Shown here: in pieces, positions 7,921 to 12,636 of the stretch | Layout of the letters: each line of letters opens with the position of its first letter | Position numbering within the stretch: the stretch's first letter is position 1 | NCBI GenBank assembly: GCA_036170655.1 | Contig: JAVHPP010000088.1 | Span: 1 to 12,636 of the forward strand | DNA: 12,636 nucleotides | From: Candidatus Zixiibacteriota bacterium | GTDB taxonomy: Bacteria > Zixibacteria > MSB-5A5 > WJJR01 | Reading direction: 5' to 3' | Made by a program: the position numbers and the translations under genes | Notes under the pieces: generated by a model | The model's database searches: none | The model's input: only the letters and a program-made list of their open reading frames with translations | What the model was told of the DNA's origin: nothing

Positions 7921-8664
7921 ATGCAGATTCGGCGGGGTCTTCGTCTTGGCGCCTTTCTGGCGATTCTGACGCTTGGGCCAATTGCATCAGGATCGGCAGC
8001 TCCGGGGCAGGTGTACTTCACTCCTGCGACTCAGACGGTCACCCCTTTCGACACATTTGAAGTCAGCATCGCGGTTGATGCCGCTTTGCACAATATTCAC
8101 TGTTTCCGCACGCAGGTGAACTTCATCCGTCCGAATGTTCGCATCCTGGACATTCGCGAGGGCCCGTTGCTCAGCGGCGCAGGAGGCACATTTTTCTTCT
8201 CGAAGGACACCATGGGTGTTTACGACATTTTTAGCTGTATCCTTGGCAATGGTCTCTTTGCGAATGGACCGGGCGTGCTGGCGATCATGAAGTTCGTTAC
8301 CGATGCGTCGCCCTGCACTACACCGTTGCAATTCAGCTATGTCCACATCGAGGACCCTCTCCTCGATTCCATGACGGTGAGTTCCGTGGACGGGATCGTG
8401 ATCGTTCCCAGTTGCTGCGACTGCTCCTTGCACGGTGATATCAATGGCGATGGTGCCTACGACGTCCTCGATGTGGTTGGCATCATCGACCATGTCTTCA
8501 ATGGGGCACCACAGCCCCCCCATGATCCTGCCTGCCCGCATAAGGACAGAGGGGACTACAACTGCGACGGGTCTGATGATGTGCTTGACGTTGTTTACGT
8601 GATCGACTTGGCATTTAGCGGCGGCGCGTTTCCCTGTGATCCCTGTTTGCTGGGATCCTGGTGA
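7921..8664 (+). CDS. Secreted cohesin + Cys-rich dockerin protein (247 aa)
   Basis: AAGGAG RBS and signal peptide. Cohesin-like beta-sandwich (FEVSIAVD...FRTQVNF...IREGPLL...NGPGVLAIMKF...DGIVIV). C-terminal dockerin with two EF-hand-like loops, GDINGDGAYDVLD and GDYNCDGSDDVLD (~8413-8646). Confidence 0.85.
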   Translation: MQIRRGLRLGAFLAILTLGPIASGSAAPGQVYFTPATQTVTPFDTFEVSIAVDAALHNIHCFRTQVNFIRPNVRILDIREGPLLSGAGGTFFFSKDTMGVYDIFSCILGNGLFANGPGVLAIMKFVTDASPCTTPLQFSYVHIEDPLLDSMTVSSVDGIVIVPSCCDCSLHGDINGDGAYDVLDVVGIIDHVFNGAPQPPHDPACPHKDRGDYNCDGSDDVLDVVYVIDLAFSGGAFPCDPCLLGSW

Positions 8665-8687
8665 GCGCATACTCTGGAGGTTGTACG

Positions 8688-9416
8688 ATGGTGAAGATGA
8701 CTTTACGAATCAGCATGATTGTGATGCTTGCGGGATTGGGGGGCTTGGTCTTGCCGGGTGAGCAGGCTTGGGGACAACGGACTTATATCAATCCCGCAAA
8801 CTTCAGAAATCACTGCAATGTAAGTGACACGCTTTGGATTTGGATTGACGATCAGCTCGCCGGGATCGAGGGCGCCAGCTTCAGTCTGGCATTCGATCAG
8901 TCCATCGCCAATGTGGATACGGTCATAGCAGAGCCGTTTCTGGCCGGCAACATGTTCCTCGCTTTTCGGCGATACAGTCCCGACTCGTTGAATGTTGACT
9001 TGGGTATTCTTTCCGGATCGGTCAGCGGCCCGACGCCTCTGTTTGGTGTCGTGGTCACGCTTACGGACAACCTGGGACTGACGACGCTCGTCCAGACACG
9101 CTCGATTCTGCGCAATGCGAACAACCAAGATATCGTGCACCTGTCGGCGGCCGGGGGGATCGACAATCCCTGTTGTTGCCAGTACCATGGTGTCATGGTG
9201 GATGATGGCGTTTTCAACGCGCTGGATATTGTGGCGCTCATCGATTACATATTCCGGAGCGCGGGTGCCCCGCCGACTGACCCCGGATGCCCGCATATCA
9301 ACCGCAGCGACGTCAACTGCGACGGCGTGCCGAATGTGCTGGACATCGTGCGCATGATCGACTTCGTTTTTGGCGGGGTTCCGCTGTGCGAGCCCTGTGA
9401 TGCCGTCATTCCATAG
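8688..9416 (+). CDS. Secreted cohesin + Cys-rich dockerin protein (~242 aa), paralogous in architecture to the upstream gene
   Basis: ATG at 8688 follows a GGAGG RBS and starts a signal peptide. Cohesin-like domain (IEGASFSLAFD...SGPTPLF...ILRNANNQDI). Dockerin with a degenerate first loop (GVMVDDGVFNALD) and an intact second loop (DVNCDGVPNVLD), ~9171-9398. Confidence 0.85.
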   Translation: MVKMTLRISMIVMLAGLGGLVLPGEQAWGQRTYINPANFRNHCNVSDTLWIWIDDQLAGIEGASFSLAFDQSIANVDTVIAEPFLAGNMFLAFRRYSPDSLNVDLGILSGSVSGPTPLFGVVVTLTDNLGLTTLVQTRSILRNANNQDIVHLSAAGGIDNPCCCQYHGVMVDDGVFNALDIVALIDYIFRSAGAPPTDPGCPHINRSDVNCDGVPNVLDIVRMIDFVFGGVPLCEPCDAVIP

Positions 9417-9653
9417 CCGGGTGGTCATTCCGTTTACGTAACACAGTCTGAGTTGCTGTTTTCTGATCGACACTGCCATTGTCTTGGTTCGGGCTCGGGT
9501 GCTCCCCGCTTCGTCCCGGCAAGGCGATCCGTTGTGTAATGGTTATCGTGTACGATCGCTCGGTCCCGTTTGTACCGGTCTGTCCTGAGTCCGAAGTTGA
9601 ATCTTGACTCGCAGCGGGCTTTTCCGTCTATAAGGGCGGAGAGGACGGGGGCG

Positions 9654-10775
9654 ATGAGCAGGTATATCGGCAGTCCCAATTTCGAGCATGGCCGGATGTC
9701 CGTGACGGGGATTCTTCTGGTCAATCTGGGCACGCCCGATGCGCCGACGCCCCGGGCACTGCGGCGTTACCTCAAGCAGTTCCTCTGGGATCCGCGTGTC
9801 GTCGAGATATCGCGTCCTGTCTGGTGGCTGATCCTCAACGGCATCATCCTCAACACCCGGCCCAGGCGCTCGGCACACGCCTACCGTCAGGTTTGGACCG
9901 AGGATGGGTCGCCTCTTCTGATTCATACCCGCCGCCAAGCGTCCGCGCTCGAAGCAAGTCTGAAACAGCGCATTGGCAGCCCTTTGCAGGTGGCGATGGG
10001 GATGCGTTATGGCAAACCGTCAATCATGGCTGGTCTGGACATGCTCCGCCAGCATGGATGCAGCCGTATCCTCGTATTTCCGCTTTATCCCCAGTACGCG
10101 GCCGCGACAACGGCGTCGACCTTCGATGCGGTCTTTGAAGTCATCACGACCTGGCGTTGGGTCCCCGAACTGCGGACCATAGCGCAATACCATGACGATC
10201 AGGCTTATATCGGCGCGCTGGCAAGCAGCGTGCGGGAGCTCTGGCAGAAAGACGGTGAGCCGGAGAAACTGCTGTTTTCCTTTCACGGGACACCAAAGGA
10301 ATCGCTCCTCGCCGGCGATCCGTACCACTGTCAGTGTCAGAAAACGGCCCGCCTTGTGGCCGAGGCGCTGTGTTTGCCGCCCGAGCGGTGGCAGGTTGCG
10401 TTCCAGTCGCGCTTCGGACGCGCCGAATGGCTCCAGCCCTATACCGATGTGACACTAAAGGAATGGGGGCGAGATGGTGTTCGCAGTGTCGATGTGATCT
10501 GTCCCGGTTTCTCTTCCGATTGTCTCGAAACGATCGCGGAGATCGGTATCGAGAACCGCGACCATTTCCTGCGAAGCGGAGGTCGGCAATACCGCTACAT
10601 CCCGGCGCTCAACGACCGTCCCGACCACATCGCAATGCTCGCCGATCTGGCTCTGCGTCACATGCAAGGCTGGACGGTTGCGAGGGAATCGTGGGATGCG
10701 AACGCCGCCCGTACGGCGGCCACAGAATCCGCCCGGCGCGCCGAAGAATTACAGCAGAGAAAAACCAGCCAGTGA
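9654..10775 (+). CDS. hemH: Ferrochelatase (~373 aa)
   Basis: Motifs GILLVNLGTP, FLWDPRVVE, GSPL, MRYGKP, PLYPQY, SFHG (catalytic His), FQSRFG..EWLQP, PGFSSDCLET and YIPALN. The likely start is ATG 9654 (MSRYIG) after GAGGACGGGG. Confidence 0.97.
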   Translation: MSRYIGSPNFEHGRMSVTGILLVNLGTPDAPTPRALRRYLKQFLWDPRVVEISRPVWWLILNGIILNTRPRRSAHAYRQVWTEDGSPLLIHTRRQASALEASLKQRIGSPLQVAMGMRYGKPSIMAGLDMLRQHGCSRILVFPLYPQYAAATTASTFDAVFEVITTWRWVPELRTIAQYHDDQAYIGALASSVRELWQKDGEPEKLLFSFHGTPKESLLAGDPYHCQCQKTARLVAEALCLPPERWQVAFQSRFGRAEWLQPYTDVTLKEWGRDGVRSVDVICPGFSSDCLETIAEIGIENRDHFLRSGGRQYRYIPALNDRPDHIAMLADLALRHMQGWTVARESWDANAARTAATESARRAEELQQRKTSQ

Positions 10776-10843
10776 ACTGGCCGGCCGGGACGACGAAGGC
10801 AGTGATGTTGTCGGCGAGGCAGAGTCCGGTTCAATCAGGTTTT

Positions 10844-11893
10844 CTACCCTGACCCATGCCGTTTTGCGTCAGCCGGTCCCGGCGAGCCAGACTCGCTTTG
10901 GAGGACTTGGAACTCAAACCGCCAGGCAACATCCGTGTAGGGTTGCCCGTCCAAGCGGACGTACGGGTAGATAAGATAGTTGACTGAGGTGGAGTCGCCG
11001 TTTCCCTCCAGCGGGATATCGCGGCCGATGGTGAAGGCGACACGATTGGCATCGAGTGTGCCGAAGAAGTAATCGGCCTTGTCCGGGTGCTTGATGGCTT
11101 CGGAGGCATCGACGGGGATCCAGCCTTCGCCATCGATATACAGGTCGGCCCAGCAGTGATACCCTTGGATCTCACCCGATGTCGATGTGTCCGGCAGGGG
11201 GAATCCCATGGTGAACCGCGCCGGGATTCCTTCCGCCCGTGCCATCCCGATCAAGAGTGAGTGGATGTCGGAGCAGTTGCCGCGCCGCGCCGTGCAGGCG
11301 AAAACCGCATCGCCCTGTCCCCATCCGGCGCCGCTCTTGTCGTACTTCATCGTTGACAACACATGGTCGTAGAGCGCCCGTGCCTTGTCCCGGTTCCCTG
11401 TGAGATTGCCGGCGATTTCATGGGCCTCGCGCGCAATCGGACCATCGATCGGCACCAGCGCGTCCGGCTGCAGAAACCGCTTGAGCAGGTTGCTGGATTG
11501 ACTCGTCACCGCCGCTGTGCGGAGCAGACCCGCCTCCAAACGGCGGACCCGGAATGTCATGACGATCGGCAGACTATCGGGAATGTCTGTCGGGATGTCA
11601 AAGAAGAGAGCATGGTTGCCGTACTGTGGATCAGTTCGCTGTGAAAAGGGAACTGGCGACTTGACCCGAAGGCCGGATATCGTCTGCCGTTCATCGCTCT
11701 GCGGAGCCGGGATCCATACCTCCAGATTTCGCGCATTCTTTGGTAGGTTCCGAACGGTGACCTTGTAAGAGAACTCAAGGAATTTCGACACAGGCTCGGC
11801 GGCGTTCCCTGGCCCACTGGCGCCGACTGCGGCCACCATGACGGTGGCCGTCAGCAGGCACACCGACCTTATCATCCTCATGTACTCCGTCAT
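10844..11893 (-). CDS. Secreted transglutaminase-like domain protein (~345-349 aa)
   Basis: Cys-His-Asp triad motifs GNCSD, YHCWA and WIPVDAS, plus ARAEGIPAR. N-terminal signal peptide. The start could be ATG 11893, 11881 or 11875. Confidence 0.9.
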   Translation of the reverse strand: MTEYMRMIRSVCLLTATVMVAAVGASGPGNAAEPVSKFLEFSYKVTVRNLPKNARNLEVWIPAPQSDERQTISGLRVKSPVPFSQRTDPQYGNHALFFDIPTDIPDSLPIVMTFRVRRLEAGLLRTAAVTSQSSNLLKRFLQPDALVPIDGPIAREAHEIAGNLTGNRDKARALYDHVLSTMKYDKSGAGWGQGDAVFACTARRGNCSDIHSLLIGMARAEGIPARFTMGFPLPDTSTSGEIQGYHCWADLYIDGEGWIPVDASEAIKHPDKADYFFGTLDANRVAFTIGRDIPLEGNGDSTSVNYLIYPYVRLDGQPYTDVAWRFEFQVLQSESGSPGPADAKRHGSG

Positions 11894-11965
11894 CAGTTCG
11901 ATCCTACCGGGGAGTATGTTCCGGCCGAGGCCGATCGGGGCCCCGGCCAATGATTGCTGCCCGAA

Positions 11966-12454
11966 TCACTTCGCCGCCACGGGTTGTTTCTTCCAGATGC
12001 CGCCATCCTCTTTCCATGTGTAGCGGGGGGCGCCATTGATCTTGTGAACCGAGATGTCCGTGGTCACCAGGTCTTTCTCGCCCTTCTTCATGAAGATATC
12101 GAGATCATAAATCGTGTTGTCGGGAGCGGTACAATCCACACAGGCAAAATAGACATCCCCGCCGAGGGAGGCCAGTTTGTCCTCGTGCACTTTCGACAGT
12201 TTCAGTTGCAGCGTCTTCTTGTCTTGAGGATCATAGACAAGAAAGTAGCCGCCTTTGATCTTGGAATCCTGGGCCACGTAGTCCTTGATGGCCTGCGAGA
12301 GCGCTGTCATCGTCAATTCATTCTTGGGGTGCTGCATGCTGCTCATGGATTCTTTGGGATGTTCCGGGTGCTCTTGTGCCTGTACTCCCGCGGCCATCAT
12401 CAACCCGGCGCTGAGCATGGCGGCCGGGATCGACATCCATGTGCTTTTTTTCAT
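11966..12454 (-). CDS. Secreted hypothetical protein (162 aa) with an N-terminal EHPEHP motif
   Basis: ATG at 12454 follows a GGAGAGGAG RBS. Signal peptide MKKSTW...AGVQA|QEHPEHP, then a globular-looking, Lys-rich domain. Co-directional with the transglutaminase gene, 72 nt upstream of its earliest ATG. Confidence 0.85.
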   Translation of the reverse strand: MKKSTWMSIPAAMLSAGLMMAAGVQAQEHPEHPKESMSSMQHPKNELTMTALSQAIKDYVAQDSKIKGGYFLVYDPQDKKTLQLKLSKVHEDKLASLGGDVYFACVDCTAPDNTIYDLDIFMKKGEKDLVTTDISVHKINGAPRYTWKEDGGIWKKQPVAAK

Positions 12455-12522
12455 TGGGTTCTCCTCTCCCGTTGGTTCAATTCGTTTTGCTCGGGACATC
12501 CGAGCATCCGACAAAGCACATG

Positions 12523-12549
12523 TTACCTTGTTTGACGTGAGTTTGTTCC
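12523..12549 (-). promoter_or_regulatory. Possible ECF-sigma promoter for the EHPEHP-protein/transglutaminase pair
   Basis: The - strand reads GGAAC-N17-GGTAA, about 70 nt upstream of ATG 12454. It resembles GGAAC-N16/17-(C/G)GT ECF promoters, but the motif is short and could be chance. Confidence 0.3.
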
Positions 12550-12584
12550 GGTCTTTCGAAAACGGTCTGCCCCGCGCCGCTGTG

Positions 12585-12628
12585 CGCCCGCCGCATCTTC
12601 GTGTTGTGAAGTGACACGGAGGCGGGCG
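12585..12628. other. Imperfect inverted repeat / hairpin in an apparently non-coding region
   Basis: CGCCCGCC (12585-12592) pairs with GGCGGGCG (12621-12628); inner TTCGTGT pairs with ACACGGA. No U-tract on either side. Confidence 0.4.
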
Positions 12629-12636
12629 TCTATCGG

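Noticed and set aside
2069..9416. A canonical cellulosome locus
   Set aside because: No recognisable glycoside hydrolase, CBM3, SLH or sortase motif and no long tandem cohesin array; it has a T9SS-like tail instead.
9434..9441. Palindrome TTACGTAA as an operator
   Set aside because: An 8-bp palindrome alone is expected by chance in a window this size.
2291..9479. Long antisense ORFs (e.g. 2291..3457, 4658..5293, 7987..8670, 8703..9479; likewise 504..1247 and 11954..12535)
   Set aside because: Shadow frames of real genes in GC-rich DNA, without motifs.
9604..9634. hemH promoter TTGACT...TATAAG
   Set aside because: The spacer is 19 nt and the -10 lacks the final T; plausible but too weak to call.
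1..12636. CRISPR array, tRNA or rRNA genes
   Set aside because: No regularly spaced repeats, cloverleaf signatures or rRNA motifs seen.

Overview
GC-rich bacterial window. Its Cys-rich dockerins and NYPNP-type C-terminal sorting domain suggest an FCB-group lineage such as candidate Zixibacteria (inference only). It opens with the 3' end of a REP-associated tyrosine transposase (missed by the ORF track), followed at once by a GTAG-type REP hairpin, then a lipoprotein alpha/beta-hydrolase. After a ~640-bp intergenic region comes a three-gene + strand cluster. The first gene encodes a ~1917-aa secreted multidomain protein: QW-repeat alpha-toroid-like domain, two beta-helix modules, cohesin, Ig/FN3, atypical dockerin, second cohesin and a T9SS/FlgD-like C-terminal domain. 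The other two encode small secreted proteins made only of a cohesin and a Cys-rich dockerin. Ferrochelatase (hemH) follows. A convergent - strand pair ends the window: a secreted EHPEHP-motif protein and a secreted transglutaminase-like protein. The main candidate for a new system is the non-cellulosomal cohesin-dockerin cluster, in which every member carries both a cohesin and a dockerin. All domain calls are by eye and need HMM or structure confirmation.
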